Source of the DNA: the human T2T-CHM13v2.0 reference genome, Homo sapiens
NCBI RefSeq assembly: GCF_009914755.1
Contig: NC_060932.1
Reading direction: 5' to 3' (one strand)
Length of the DNA: 64,000 nt
Positions within the stretch are counted from its first letter, which is position 1. Every line of letters begins with the position of its first letter. A program made the translations under genes and the position numbers. Below are positions 46,445-63,965 of the stretch, piece by piece. The notes beneath the pieces are model-generated. The model worked only from the letters and a program-made list of their open reading frames with translations, was not told where the DNA came from and ran no database searches.

Positions 46445-47397
46445 CAATGATGATGTTTAAATGAAGTTCTCCTGAGATTCATGACCATCTGAGTTTGTTG
46501 TCCTTCAGTTACCACAGAGACAATATGCCCAAGTCTAAAACCTACACCTCCTGTCGCATTTCCTCTGATGGTGAACCACTGTACTGTCTTCCCTGGGGCC
46601 ATCCTTCTTTTCTGTTCTCCACGTGTTTGTACAGTAGACATTCATTGAACATTGTAAAAATACCAAAAAAGATGCAGAGATCATAAGACATATTGTCCCT
46701 GTCTAGAAAGTGCTGCCGTCAATTATGGAACATATGTTCACACAGCTCATACTGTAATATAAAATACAAGGCATTGCTGACCATTATGACATTTCAAAAT
46801 CAGTTACCAGTATCTAGACCTTCTTATATCCTATTTCCCGCAAATGCATACATCTTAAGTAAACTAATTTGGATGTATTCACATGCATTACGAAGGAAGG
46901 GTTTATTAGAGTTTATATATGGCCATTACTAAAGTTTCCTTTGCTTTACCTTGTATTCTTTCTTCTTCCTTATTTTAGGATAGTAGTGGTACATTGTACT
47001 GTATCAGGCTTATTATCAGAGCGTCATCTTCAGCATGTTCCCTGCCTTAACTCTGCATGAGTCACCAGGTCCTATTAATTTGGTTCTTTCTCCTTAATAT
47101 CCCTTCATTTCAATCCTTTCTAAGCATTATTAATATCATTCTTTGCTAACATATTTAACCAAGTTCTTTCTCTGCCTTCATTGTGGACCCATCCATGAAG
47201 TGCCAGTCTACACTACTGCCAGAGGCAATTTCTAAAACCGAGATCAACTTTTGTCATTCTTCTTGTTGAAATAATTCAGTGGTTCCCCATGATGTTCAGA
47301 AGCTGGACTAGGTCCTATATGATCTGACTCCTGCCCTCTCTTCCAGCCTCTTATTTCGCCATTTGCTTCCTTGCCTCCCTTTCTCCTCGCCATCTGT

Positions 47398-47605
47398 ATA
47401 GTTAAGAGTGCGAACGCTAGGGTCAAATTATCTGGGTTCAAATCCTGGCTCTGCCACTTACTAGCTATGTAACTTTGGGAAAGTCACTTAGGTCCTCCTT
47501 CTTATCTGTAAAATGGGAGAACTAGTAGTTCCTATTTTATATAGTTATTGGGAAGAGTCAATGTGTTAAATGCTTACAACACGGCCTGGCCCATAGCAAA
47601 TAATT
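47398..47605 (+). mobile_element. MIR
   Basis: ctgggttcaaatcctggctctgccacttactagct...ctgtaaaatggg. Confidence 0.85.
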
Positions 47606-47607
47606 AA

Positions 47608-48318
<711 letters not shown>

Positions 48319-48696
48319 TATATTTCTGTGCGTGTGTTGCTGTTATTGCTGTTGTTATTCATTTATTGGCTTTGTGTCTTTCTTTTTGCATATGCTGTTT
48401 CATATGCCTGGAATCACCCACTTCTCCTTTTCACCTGGCTGACCCCACTCATCTTTTGAACTTCCGTTTAGGTGTCAGCCCCTTGAGGGAGCCTTCACTC
48501 CCCCTTCCCACTCCAGGCTGGATCAGTCGCCTATGTGCTCCTGTAGCACCGGCGCACACCCACATCATAACATTCTTCACACCAGATAAGGGGTATTGAC
48601 ATTGTGATTTTGAACACTGTTTAGATCCATGATAATTAATAATTTGCAATAACACAAAATGATTATTTTATAATGATTGTATGAATATATGATTAC

Positions 48697-49073
48697 AGTA
48701 TTAGTCCATTCTCAGGCTACTAATAAAGACATACCCGAGACTGTGTAATTTATAAAGGAAAGAGGTTTAATTGACTCACAGTTCAGCATGGCTGGGGAGG
48801 CCTCAGGAAACTTACAATCATGAGTGGAAGGGGAAGCAAACATATCCTTCTTCACATGGCGGCAGCAAGGAGAAGTGCCAAGCAAAAGGGAAAAAATTCC
48901 CTTATAAAACCATCAGATCTCTTGAGAACTCACTCACTATCATGAGAACAGCATGAGGGTAACCACCCCTATGATTCAATTACCTCCCACCAGTTCCCTC
49001 CCACAATACATGGGGATGATGGGAACTACAATTCAAGATGAGATTTGGGTGGGGACACAGCCAAACCATATCA
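48697..49073 (-). mobile_element. THE1 (C-like) solo LTR
   Basis: tattagtccattctca...aaagacatacccgagactg...ccaaaccatatca. Confidence 0.93.
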
Positions 49074-51115
49074 ATTCTATTATTTTTTAGATGATTATAT
49101 CAAATAATCTTGATTCTTGGTATTAAATAAGGCAAGGCATGAGTTTGGGGAATCACATTAGCTCAGGATGTATCCATCCCAGAAGTAAAGTTCTACTGCA
49201 CTTTAATTTTCTGTTTATTTGTATGCTTCAGATATTAAATTCTGGGGTCCTGAATGGGGTGAGAGCTCTTTTATCTGTATCCCTAGTGCCTTACATCTGC
49301 CAGAGATTCAGTTAATATTTGTTGAAAAGATGAATGTGTATTTTTAATTTAATACAGAAAATTTTTTTTTTTCAAAAATCTGGCTTTGCCCCTGAGCCAT
49401 GGTTTGTGGTGCTGACCCTCTTCCCAGGAAAATACACGCATGGCTTATTTCAGAAGGTTTAAGGTACAGACCTTGCCCTAGAAGATGGCCTCCTGTTTAG
49501 TCAAAGAGAAGAGAAGAAGAAATGTGTTTCTTTCAATACTAAATATGACTGATTTAATAAAAAGTCTCAATTGGAATTCAACTCCTTTTAGATATATACG
49601 ACCCCATTCTATCTTTGCCCAGTAACTTCTTGGAGAAGGTGATATGATTCATGCACTTTAGACAGAGGCAAATTTGGATACTAATTTAGGAAAAAGAAGC
49701 AAAATCAGTCATATTTGTAGGTGTTTTGGGTGCCTGATTTGGGCGTATAGACAAGCCTCCTGCCCAGGTAGCACACATATGCCTCCTACTTCTACACTAG
49801 CTACAATTCCTCTTCTCATTGGTACTCTTACTGATGGGGGCGTTGAAGACTTTGCCTTTGGTGGCTTATCTGAGGGGTCTAACACATTTAGGCACAAATG
49901 CCTGAAGGAAAGGCGCATAGACAACCACATTGTCTGATGACAGTCGACTGCCCAGGTCAGAGCCTGGCAGGGTAAGTCCGAATAGAGAATCTTTAGCTTT
50001 ACCCTGTCATAGGGACTCAGTTAGCAAACATCATCTCTCTTATAATTAAGGTAGGCTCTAAAATTGCATGAGGAAAGATAAGATGCTTTGGTAGCTCTTT
50101 CAAAATGCTTCTTAAACGCACTTCTAAAAAGTTAGCTTCTGTGGCTCTCAATGGCACAGATCATGTGCCTACATATGAGTGAGATGTAGCTGGGGTTAAA
50201 ATCTATAGGCAAGTTCTGAAGACTAGAGAGAAGTTTTCCAAAGCACATCCAGATCATTGATTCTTAAATAGGGGCCAGGACTAGGGTTGGGCTGGTGTAG
50301 GGGAATGTTGGGGGAAGGCACACGCATCTCTGAGTAGAAAACCCACACGCACCCTGCCATCGTGAGAATCACTGGGTGTAATAAGAAGTACAGTTTGTGG
50401 CAGTGTGGTGAACACACAAGTGATAAGGAAACTAGGAAAAATGGTTGCAGGCTGGGACTTAGATTATGGTCCATTCACCCCACTTGCAGACAAGCAATTA
50501 GGGTCCAAGGTGTTATAGGATGGGCTTTTCCTATCATATCAGGCATCTCTCGAGATCTCATTGTATATCACAAGACCTCTATATTACAAAGTGGTTTTTG
50601 GTGCATTATTTTTTTAATAACTAAAAGCCTTTTGATGGGTTTCATGACAAACTCTTATGAAGAAGAAAAATGTGAACAATGATGAATAACTACGAGTACT
50701 TATCAAAGTGACAAGAAAGTAGCTAGTAATATGGAAAATATTGAGCAGTCCAATTGTACTGGAATGATTTAGTACAATTTAGTAATATTGTCTTAGGTAG
50801 TATTTATTTAATTAAGCCCCTGGAATCAGAGATGACTCTCAATGTTAGCAATTTTCCCAGGAACAAGATGAAATCATTCAATTTAATTTTAGGAGAAAGT
50901 ATTGTATGTTTTATAGAAAGCTTAGGAATTGATTTATTGGCCTATTGATTTGAACTGCTCTTATAATTCTGGCACACTCCACATATTAACAATTCTTTCT
51001 AATCCCTACTTGGCTGGGTAATTTATGCATAGGTCAGGAAGTCAGCCTGGGCTGTAGCTGGCTCCATATACATACCATGTGAAATGACATTTAGTATTTG
51101 TTTTCTTCCTGATAG

Positions 51116-51282
51116 GGCCTGTGCTTCCTTCAGAGACTCACACAAGAGGTTTATCATGAGAAGGACCGCACTATTTCATTTCACTCCTACAAGTTTTCAT
51201 TTACGTTACACATTGAGAAAGTTATGAGAAGCAACTGTCACTCTCTGGAGGTGGAGACTGCCGTGATTCACAAAGACAAGAG
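51116..51282 (+). other. Candidate internal 5'UTR exon (167 bp)
   Basis: Acceptor tttgttttcttcctgatag|GG and donor AAGAG|gtaatt in non-repeat sequence; no ORF spanning it in the track. Confidence 0.5.
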
Positions 51283-51880
51283 GTAATTTTCCTGTAATCA
51301 CAGGATGACTCAGGTTAGTAGCTTTCAGCGCTTCTGCAACTCACATACCATGAGGTGTTTTTAGCAATGTGCATATTTAGTGAACCTAATTCTTCCCAAT
51401 CCCTATAATTTTAAATTTATGACAATGTGATATAAAGTAAGTTGGAATTTATTTTTGCATGAGGTGGAAAACAGTATTTGAAAGTAGTTGTACAGGGTAT
51501 GTAAAAATTATAAGAACATATTTAGCATTTTTAGAAAGCAAAATACTTTTGTAGGACTTAAACATATTTTTAAATGAGATTTTTATCACACAAAAGTTTA
51601 CAATATCATTTGTACTTGGAAATGATATATAGTTGTTAAGTGTGAAGTTGCATGTATTAAAAAGTAAAATGAAAAAGCTATGCATTTTGTAATTAGGTCT
51701 TTTTTATAATGTAAGTTGTCTTTTAACTGTTCGGACCAACTTGCATTTTCACTTTAGAATTGTAGTTTAAGTGTGTCTTTGAAATTTAAAGCAGAATTTT
51801 ATGCTCTCTCTTTTTTAATTCTGTGTCTTCTGTGGCATTTATAATAGGAGAGCCATTTCCAATATTTATATTTCTTTTTA

Positions 51881-52231
<351 letters not shown>

Positions 52232-52653
52232 AGACCTCTGGGGCAGCAAATCAGAAAACACAAAATAAAACTGGAAAAGCTCAGTCTTGCTTTCCTCCAA
52301 GTGCCCATTGACTCACAGCTGGCTCTTTAGGATTTATAACCAAAGAGTCAAGGACCAGCTTGTACAGAGTAAAGTATTGTTGTTTTGCAGAGGGAGCTAA
52401 GAAACAGCTCCTTGATTCATTGGATCTACAATTAATTATTGAGTGATGCTCTGTGTTCTGCACTATCCTAGGCTCTATGATGTACAGATGAGACATAGAT
52501 AGAGATATATAAAAACATCACGTTTCCATCTCTGCCGTCCAAAAACTTATAATCTATTTGGGAACATATACAGAGTTGAGAGTTCATGACAGTATCCGGA
52601 AAAATGTCCTAAGAGTGATAGAGATAATAAATTTGCAGTGTATAGAAGTCCTG

Positions 52654-53170
<517 letters not shown>

Positions 53171-54917
53171 TAAGTCCTGGAATGGATGATTTTTATCTGT
53201 AGTTACCCATAAATCCTTTATGCAGGAGGAAGAAACTGTGCTAGACTTTGCAGACCAGTAGATTTTGGCAGGAGGAAGTGATAGGAGAGCATTGCCGGTG
53301 AGAGAGAATAGACTGCTGGCTTCAGCAAAGACCTGAATAAGGTCCTGAGCAAGTCCCTCTCGGCAAAAAGTGAGTAGATTTGTGTGGATACAGCTGAGAG
53401 TCTGAGGTACTGTCGTTGCACGATATAAGACTGCAAAGTGGACTGGACCAGGTCAGGGAGGGTTTTCGTGACAGACTGAGGAGTGCAGGTGCTATCCCGT
53501 AGGCAGCAGAGGTCTCCTGAAGGGCTTTCAAGAAGGAGTGAATATTATCCAATGAGGTTGTATAGAAAAATTAACCCTGCACTGCCATGAAATAGAGATT
53601 CTAACCAACTTTCCTTGAATTCATAGAAGGAAAATCATGAATTGTAGCCAGCAAACCAGGAATGGCACATGTGCTATGTGGTTTACGCAGGTACCTTTTA
53701 CTGTAAGAATGTATTGTGTCTCCAGCCAAGTGGACATTAACAGAGAAGGTTGTGTTGCCAACTCCCATCTTTATGAATATATTAGAGGGGATAGATGTGG
53801 GGGGTGCAGAGACAGCAAGAGGAACAGACAGACCAGTTAGACTAGCTGAGATACTAGGGGATGGCAGTACAAACAGAAAGACAGAAAGGGGGCAAAGGTG
53901 CCAGCACTGTGACAACTTTGATCTTCTAGGCTGGCATTCCAATAGCACATTGCTATCTCAGCAGATTCTTTTGCTCCGGTCAGAGTCCCTTCATCCATTT
54001 GTGATGAGTCCTGTTGGCAACCCTAGTGGCCATGGTACATCTCTTTCACTGTGGCCCCCACTGGGGTACATGCTGTGATTGTGAAGAAGCATTCAAGTTT
54101 GTAATACTTTAGTCCTTTGGCTATACATGTCAAAATCAACTAAAGCAAGAAGGAGGATTTGTTGGGAGTGCCTAAGTAGCTGGCACAATAAAAGGAACTG
54201 CTGCAAACTAAACCTCGGGAAAGTTACAACTTGGGATGAGGCATGAGGATCTTTTCTTCAGGGCTGAGCCATCAGCAGTTCTGCTCCAACCTCTTGTCAA
54301 TTTCCTGGGCGAGGGAGAATAACTGTCCGAGACTGGATCATGTGCCCACCCCACTGCCACCGTCAATGTGCCTGGCAGGCCCCAGTGACACTTGGAGTCT
54401 GAGAGAGGTGCAGTTCCCCAAAGGAACAGAGGATAAACAGAAGCTTTTAAAAGTATTTTAATCTCTAAAACGTCTGCGACTGCAAATAGTGGTCATATGT
54501 GTGTGCATGGTCTCAGGCTTGGGAACGGATCAGGTATTCCCCAGAATCTTAGATCTCCAAAATTACTTTTCACTGCTACCTCTGATGGATCCTCTGCTCT
54601 TTCAAACTAATGTTTTGAAAAAAATAAAACTTTTTTATTTTTTAAGAAGATACTGATATTGACTAGAAGGTATTGACTAGGCAATACCTTCATGCCTGCA
54701 TGCCTCTAGCTGCATGGATTAAGTGTCTTTTCTCTTTCTCCCTTTCCTTTCTTCCCTTCGGTAGCGCTCAGCTCTTCAAACACATCAAGTGCCCGGAGGT
54801 GACTTAATTTATGCGTCTTAGCTATGTTGGAATTCTCAAGTTTGCTACTTTCCCTGAAAAGCAGGCTAAGAGGACCTTAAAAGCAGAGTGGCTTGTCCAC
54901 CTTTGGGGAACCCTTGA

Positions 54918-55263
<346 letters not shown>

Positions 55264-56984
55264 GAAAAGAACATTTTCAAATCTTGCCTACGCTTCCAGG
55301 CTGAGTTCCAAGGCGCAGCTCCCGACTTCTCATGCATTCGTTTGAAGATGTGTCAGTTTACACACACAGAGGGCTCACTGAAAATTTCCCTTTTTAATAA
55401 TTTCCTAATACTGTGGAAATGAACATAATAAACTGCAACACAATACAACTCTAGACTTTCTAGAGCAAGAATTGTTAACCTTTGGCATTATTTTGGGTTT
55501 TAGTTTCTTAACACAAAGCTTCAAGCAAGTTTCAGCTGCAGTTAGAAGCAGTCAAAATGTAATTTCCATTAGTGATAAATGTGTAAAAAGTTAAATGAGC
55601 AATTGATATTTGATTATATAAATCTAGTTTGAGTGCTAATTGGAGTAGATATAAACAAATTTATACAAAGTTATATATTTTTTACCTTTTCTTCTCTCTG
55701 TTCTTTATACATATTAAGTCATAGCTCTTAGCTCTTTGTCTGCTTTCCTTATTCTCCATTTCTGGCTTTCTTTGCACTAACATATATGAACCGCATGATA
55801 ATCACTCAATACATATATTAATTGCCCGTTTCTTCTCCTTGCACTTCCCCTGGTTTCTTTCTTCTTTTCCTTGTCATTCTGTCTTGATCCTTTTCTTGAT
55901 TTTTATAAAGAAAACTTTACTGATACATATGTTTGTCTTCTTTGTGTTGTTTTTGTTTTGGGTTTGGTTTTTTGGGAGGGAACACTGATTCATCTATTAG
56001 TTGTGTGTGTTTCGGGAGATTAACCATCCAGATACCAATTAGTCCCAAGTCATTGTTGTCTTAGGTTCTAAGGCTTTTAAATATTATAACATTTTTCAGA
56101 AAGATTTTATTCTCTGCAGACTAAAAAGCTCAGCAGATTTTTCCAATAACTGCACATATAAAGAGCCACATAAACAGTAGACTAAATATCACAGATGATC
56201 CACATGAGAGTAATAAATGAGGACACTAGTTTGTCCATACATTTTTCATAAGGTACTGAAATAACTGAAAATTGTCTTAACGAGTAACAGTAACCATGAA
56301 ACAGCAAGATAATTAGAGAATGAAGGTAAGCAGCAATAGCAACCACCTGCTGCTACAAGCTGAGGATCATGTAGCCTCCTTCCTGGACCTTTACACAATT
56401 TATGTTCCCATCTATTTATTGAGATCAGTAATCCTCATACATTATTATAGTTGTGCTACTTGGAAGCTGTGGCTGGCACAATTCATCCTTAATTTCACTT
56501 TGAGTTATTGAGTAAAGCTATTCAATGTGTAATAAGATCACAAATATAAGGTAGGTAAAATGAATTTCCTTCCTCTCATCATACTGATGAGTCACTTACC
56601 TGGTGCCCTAACTGAAACAACTTCTTTACTGGGAGCAAATGGACTCTATTCTTGGCTGGTTACTGGATAATCTGGCATTAGACATTATCTCATTTAAGTT
56701 ACTTATTTCTTCAGTTAGATTTCTTCTGAGGCAAAACTCTCTCAGCACTTTCTGTATATACTATGACATAATCTTATTGAATGGGGATACTGCTTTGACA
56801 TTTCACCTGATCTTTGAACCCAGTGATCTCCAATTTCTAGCTGCCCAGAAGGCACTGACTGGATGGCATTCATCCCTCATGGGAATGGCAGAACACAGAT
56901 GAGAGAGGATACTCTGCTCAGTTTTAAGTTCTAACATGGTTTAAAGTACATAACAAGGCAACTGCCTCAAAGCAAAAGGGGGTT

Positions 56985-58600
56985 TTAATTGAAATATACA
57001 TGGACCAAAGTGCATATATCATAAATGTACAAATAAATGAATGAATTTTTCATAACCTGAGCGCCCTCATGTAACCCGAGCCCAGATCAAGAAACAGAAC
57101 ATTATCAGCACCCCAGGACCACCTCCCAACCCCCAGTGCTCCCTGCCAGCTGCTACCCCAGGCAGCCTCTATCCCACTTCTAATGGCCCACATTTGTTTT
57201 ATCTGTTTTTGTACCTTCTTTATTTTATTTTATTTTATTTTATTTTATTTTATTTTATTTTATTTTTTATTTTCTTTGATCTATCTATGGGCTCATGTTT
57301 TTGTACTTTCCATAAACGGAATCCAACAGTGTGTATTCTTTTGTGGACTTCCCTTTTAATATGATATTTGTGGAAGGTATATCATTTGGATGTTTGTCCC
57401 CTCCAAATCTCATGTTAAAATGTGACCCCCAATGTTGGAGGTGGGGACTACTGGGATGTGTTCGGGTTATGGTGGTGGATCCCTCAGGAATGGCTTGGCA
57501 TCCTCCTTATGGTAATGGGTGACTTCTTGCTCTATCAGTTCACATGAGAGCTGGTGGTTTAAAGGAGCCTGGCATCTCCTCCCCTCTCTCTTGCTCCCTC
57601 TCTGACCTTGTGACACACGTGCTCCTCAGTCACCTTCCACCATGAGTAACAGCTTCCTGAGGCCTCACCAGGATCCAAGCAGATGCTGGTGCCATGCTTG
57701 TACAGCCTGTAGAACCATGAACCAAACAAACTGCTTGTCCTTATAAATTACCCAGGCTCAGGAGTTCCTTTACAGCAACACGAAATGGACTAATATAGGG
57801 ACTGATCCATATTGTTGCATATGGTTGCAAACTTTCATGCTACCCTGGTAGCATTTCATTCTATGAATATACCACAATTTATTTGATCATTTTACTGATG
57901 ATGGTCACATGTGCAGTTTCCAGATTTGTGCTACTTCGAAGAGTGCTTCTTTGGATATTCTAGCATATGTCTTTTGGTGAATATGGGTGTCCATTTCTTT
58001 CGGATATATGTATATACTTTTAAGAGTGGGGTTGCTGGGCCATAGGCTATGCATATGTGTAGCTTTAGTTGTTGCTGTCAGGCGGTTTTCCAAACAGATT
58101 GAAACAATTCACATTTCTTCCAGTGGTGTATTAGAACTCACCGATTCCATGTTTTCACCAACACTAGATATTCTTTGCGTTTTTCATTTTACCCATTCTT
58201 TTGTATAGGTGGTGGGATCCCATTGTGGCTTAAATTTGCGGTTCCCTGATACTAGTGAAGTTAAGCCCCTTTGTGTGTGTTTCCTGCCCGTCTCCTGACC
58301 ATTATGAAGTGTCTGTTAAAGTCTCTCGCCCATTTTTCAATTGTGTTGTCTTCTATTACTCTGTGATTTGTAAGAATTGTTTATATTCTGGATACTACTC
58401 AATTGTCATCTGTATGTACTACGAATACTTCTTCACACTCTGGGTTGAATTTTCCTTCTCTTCATGGTGTCTTCATTTTAATATAGTCTACTTTATTTTT
58501 CCTCTTATGGTTAGCACTTTATATGACCCTTTGTAAGAAATTTTAACTTACTCCAAGGTCATGAGGATGTTCTGTATTTTCCTCTAAAAGCTTTATTGTT
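56985..58600 (-). mobile_element. Old L1M 3' region, interrupted by MST LTR
   Basis: cccagatcaagaaacagaacatt...ttcagatttg...tttcctctaaaagctttattgtt; (TTTTA)n ~57220-57270. Confidence 0.75.
57378..57797 (+). mobile_element. MSTB-like MaLR LTR
   Basis: ggatgtttgtcccctccaaatctcatgtt...cccccaatgttggaggtgggg...aatggactaata. Confidence 0.9.
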
Positions 58601-59275
58601 CTGTATGATAGAAAGAGGTTTTAATTCATAAATGTATGTCAGTATTTGGAGACAGAACTGTTCTAAAGCCACGTGTGTTTTCCATAGAGCTAAAACATAG
58701 AGGACTCACTACAGGCAAAAGTGTGGTACAGAAAGAAACTCAAGATAGAGGTAATAGAAGTTCCCATCACAAACAAATGAGAAATCCCTTCTGATGACAG
58801 GGCTAAGTGCTTACAGCCTATTACCCTGGCCTCTGTGCTAACTTCTTAGGAGGAGCAGGTATAAAAAGCACCGTCTTGAGGACATTTAGTTATAGCACCT
58901 CCTCCCTGGTGACAAGGAGCCACTCTTGGGGACAAAACAAAGCCTTCTTTCTCAGAGTTCACTAGATTTCTGTGGGTCAAGTACAGAGTGTCATCTCCTT
59001 GATGAGACAGTAGAAAAACCTTTTCCCTGGAAGCCTTTTCAGTTCCTCAGAATATTTTTACTATTTGCCTCTGGGTGTGAATATGTGCATAGCTTTCCAG
59101 TGATCATTAAGAAGCTGGAAAAACTTGGGAAAAAACCTTTTTACTTTTATTTGTCAACACATCAAATACTCAGAGTTGCCTTTGAAATTGTGGCTGTTGG
59201 ATATATATGTTAATGTCCACCTCTCTATCCCTGTTTCTTTACCCAGAAACATGGCATTAAGAAAGATTGTTCAGG

Positions 59276-59800
<525 letters not shown>

Positions 59801-62800
59801 AATTTAAAAGAAATATTGTTGAATTGGCTAGAGTTCCATCATTCATGAATTCACTAAACGTATTTAGACCTATTACATTTAGGGCCAGTGCTAGATATTA
59901 TGGGCTAACCAAAGATGTGTATGAAATCTTGTTTCTTATTTAGAAGTTCAGAATCTAGTAGAAATACTTAAGCCATTATAATACTTTACAGCACATGACA
60001 TATTTCAAGTGCTGTGGAATTAGGGAGTGTAGAGGTTATATTTCTTTGAGAAGGTGGAGAAGACTGTAGGTAGAAGTTGCCACTTGGCTCACAATATTAA
60101 GTTCAAAAAAGTAGGATGCAAAACTGTCCGGTTTTCTCTCAATTTTATTATAATATATCTCTACGAGAAAGAAAACTTTTAATCTTTATGAAGAAAAAAG
60201 GGGGAACTTATATGGTAACAAGTTGTCATCTAATAAAAACTGATGTATACTTTTCACTTTTTCATGATCTAGATATTCTACAGTTCATATGATGAACTGA
60301 GCTTTTTATTCCTTTTGGTGGGTGGGATTAGAATACCCATGATATCTCTCCATCAAGAGTTCTGAGGGACCCAGGCTGATGCCTCCAGGACAAGGAACAT
60401 TTCATTGCAGTGATAAGGGATAGGGAACTTGGAAAGCAACACAGTGGGGTAATCCTGATCTTTTCAGATGACGTTTATGCCATAGCAAGTCACTTAGGGT
60501 TTATCTGAATTCAAGTAGGTAGAAAAATGTTAGCCTAATCACATGTCCAGGGAAGGAAAACTAAACATTTGTGACTTCTCAGTAGAACCCTGTTGCTAGT
60601 AGCAGGAATTGCCAATGTCCTTCTCTTTGTTTTTCTACCCTTTGGAAACATGCCAGGCCACTAACTCTCCTGTTAGTTTTCTGTCACTTTCTGTCCTCTC
60701 TTCCATCCTCCAAGAAATAAATGCTGGAAATAGGCAGAGTTTGTGGGGCAAGGGAAGGAACAAAGATGATTCAATGTCTGGGATCTCCTCTTCTGTGCCT
60801 ACATCAACTTCCCCCAGCAAAGTTAGTTGTATCTTTGTCTACTCAGTCTCATTTATGTTTTTGTCATCACATTTACGATTTCTTTTGATTGCTAGCATTC
60901 AATTTTGGGGGTTTGTTTTAAGGTTACCTCGTAAGCTTTACAAGTTGCTTGAAAAGTAGCAATAAAGGTAAGATATTACAACACTATGTGTCAGCATCCT
61001 TGCACGCTAGTTATTTAAAGTGTAAAATAATCATTTCAAAATGTTAATTAAAAAAGCAGTTTCCCTGCCTTGGGAAAGGTGTGGTTGTAAGAAACAGAAG
61101 TGAGTTCAAGTGAAGAATATTTCAGGGCTAGAACAGGGTATGGATTTGAGATTCAAGGTTAGGAAATGAAGTACCTCAGGACGCAAGGCTGGTACTGTAA
61201 AATGAACAGGTTTCTTGGAGATGAGTGACCCTGAGCCCCTATCTAGAGCCTACATAGGGACTAGAACTAGAATATCATCTACTAGACTTCCCCAATCTTT
61301 CTGCCTTTCCCCCCACCATGTTATGAAGCATCACGGATTCTCATCTTGTTTTTCTTTCCCTACAGCTACATTTATTTTGCAGAAAAATATTCTTTTGCTT
61401 CATCCATATGTGCATGGCTAAAAATGGACTCCCTAACACAGACTCCAAGTGATCACAACCAACCACTTGTGGTCATCTGACTATTCAGGTCTTTTAGTTC
61501 AAATTCTCAAGACTGGGTCAGTCTCACCCATGGACTGGTTCCCTGTAGATCTGGTTTTCAACCTGGGTCCACTCAGTGAGGCGGGGATCCCTGGAAAGAG
61601 GAGGCACAAGGCTCAGAAGCAGGTTCTCTTGGATCGACAGTGATGAGCAACTCTGATGCGCATCCTTCTGACTTCCTAGTTAAAACGTTTACCGTCTCAT
61701 ACTTTTAGTCTTTTTATAAACCATCTTAGAAGTTATGATTTGTAGATAACATACTTCACTAAAACTACATGAATGAAAAAGGATGATCAGGAAAAATGCT
61801 TTGTTTTGGGGACATTCTTAAATTGGAAAACACTAAATTAACATTTCCACAGTGTCTTCTACAGAATATTATTTCCTAAAAAGACAAGAGGTGTTTAAAG
61901 ACAGAAAGAGTATTATAGACCCAATAATTCTGAGAAAAAAGCGAGATTTTTGAAACATCAACCGGGACTCTTTTCTCCAAGATTTTTCAAAACTCAGTGT
62001 GCTGGTGTGCATTTTGAATCTCAAAGGAGGGACACAATGTGAGGCTTTAAGTACTGACTTTTTATGTGGATTATTTTATGGGTCTGGAATTTGACAGCAC
62101 ACAGATTAGGAATCCTGGCTAATCCAAACCCTTTATCTCTCGCTTCATCTGGAAACCCGTGCTCTTGTTTTAGTACTAGTCTTATTAGCTTAGTCACACT
62201 TTCAAACTCACAAGGAATTTGCTTATATAAATAAAATTCATGTGGAAACTATTATAGGAAATTTAAATCCGCAGCATTTAAAATTTAAATCTGCAGTGTT
62301 TATAAAGTTAACTGTAAAATATCAGAAAAACAAAATAGATTTATATTACTTATACACTTAAAAATAACTATCTTTTAGGTTACCCGATGGTAGTAGAGGC
62401 CATAGGAAACTTAGGGGAAGATCTTGGGGGTGCTGTTCAGATACTACAAATTCTGAGCTTGAAATTGAAGTCATTTTTAAATTGCAATTTGCAAGGAACC
62501 CAGTTTATGTCGGTTACCACTTAACATTTCCAAGTGCAACAAAGAAAAACTTGCTTGTTCTAGTGTTCTCTAAAACGTATTGCTTGATTGATTCCTTGAG
62601 AAAGGGGAAACGTAAATAGACTAAAATCTACTGAGATTTTGATTTAAATGAAAAGCACACAGTGTTTCTGTTTTTCTCTTGTGTGGGCAGTTATAGCCAG
62701 CCATATGTTTACTTCGTAAATTTCAGTTGAAGGTGCAACATAAGCTGTTTCAATTTGGGTGGAAGTTTAGTCAGACCTCACAAATTAGATTTATACTCAG

Positions 62801-63279
62801 TTAGGAGTTTGCTAGGATTTTTTGCAGGGGCTGTGGGTAGGTTCATACTGATTAAAGACAACCTATTACGTTTTAAGAGTAAATCCTGAATATCTGTTCC
62901 TTGAAACGGAAGGAATGATGGAATTATATTATCATCATTCGGTGATACTTGTAGTAATAATTGGGGCAAGAATCATTGGTAGATGCTAAAACTGGTGGGT
63001 GAGCAAATAAGAAACAATATTTGCATAGTCTCAAAGTCTCTCTCCATACAGGGAAGACACCGTCTTACCCAAGTACTTCCCACTTCCCAGGATAGGGGTA
63101 GAGGTGCGGGGACAGAGGCTGTCCAGGGACAGTATCTTCTCTCCAGTTACACTCCCATCTGCCAGTTTGCAGGTGTAGTGTCCCCTCCCTTCCCCAGCTC
63201 CTCAGGGTGATCACTCCCTCTGCTAACCAAAGCCAATACTACCCTCTGTACTCAGAGCCAGATTCCATTCTCATTATGT

Positions 63280-63965
63280 GTATTTATTTGATCATTTGCT
63301 GGGGGTCTGCTGTGTCCTAAGTGCTGGGGACTCAGTATTAAATAAGACAACTCCTTGTTCTCCAGAGTCTTCCAGCAGACTCTGCCAGAGAAAAATATCT
63401 TATCTAAATTCAACAATTACAGGACTATGTGATCCCTGTAGAGGTATGCATGGGATGCAATAGCTGATAGCCATCAGTAGGGCCAAATGAGTTCTTAAAT
63501 GATTGAAAATACTTTCATACTGATGGGTAAAAGCCACAACCCGAGTCCCTGGCCACTTCCCTGGGATACCACTCACTCACATGCCAAAATAGAATAGAAT
63601 AATTACAGGGTTAAGCCCAAAACGGGACCTGCTCTTGTGCTTTTCTTACTCCTTCCCTGTTGCCCTTATCCTGCCTGGAAGGTCAGGGAAGTCTTCCTGG
63701 AGGAGATGATGCCTTTTCCAAGAATGACTAGAATTTAGCCAGGTAAAGCATAGCATATGTTCAGGCCCCTGGATGAGAGGGAATGTGCCACCGCTGAGAA
63801 ACAGTGGGTCATTGGGTATTATGGCTAATGCTGAGGAAAGATGGTGAGAAATAACCCTTAAGAGGTCTGGTGAGGCCAGATCGGAAAGAGCCTTATGTGC
63901 CCGCCTAAGCCAGCTGAACCCAATGGGACAAGCTATAAAATGCCTCTGAAGAAGTTGAAGGTAAG
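63280..63965. mobile_element. L2 remnants
   Basis: gtcctaagtgctggggactcag; ggaaggtcagggaagtcttcctggaggagatg. Confidence 0.55.

Noticed and set aside
62259-62303. 22-bp tandem duplication
   Set aside because: Ordinary slippage product with no further structure.
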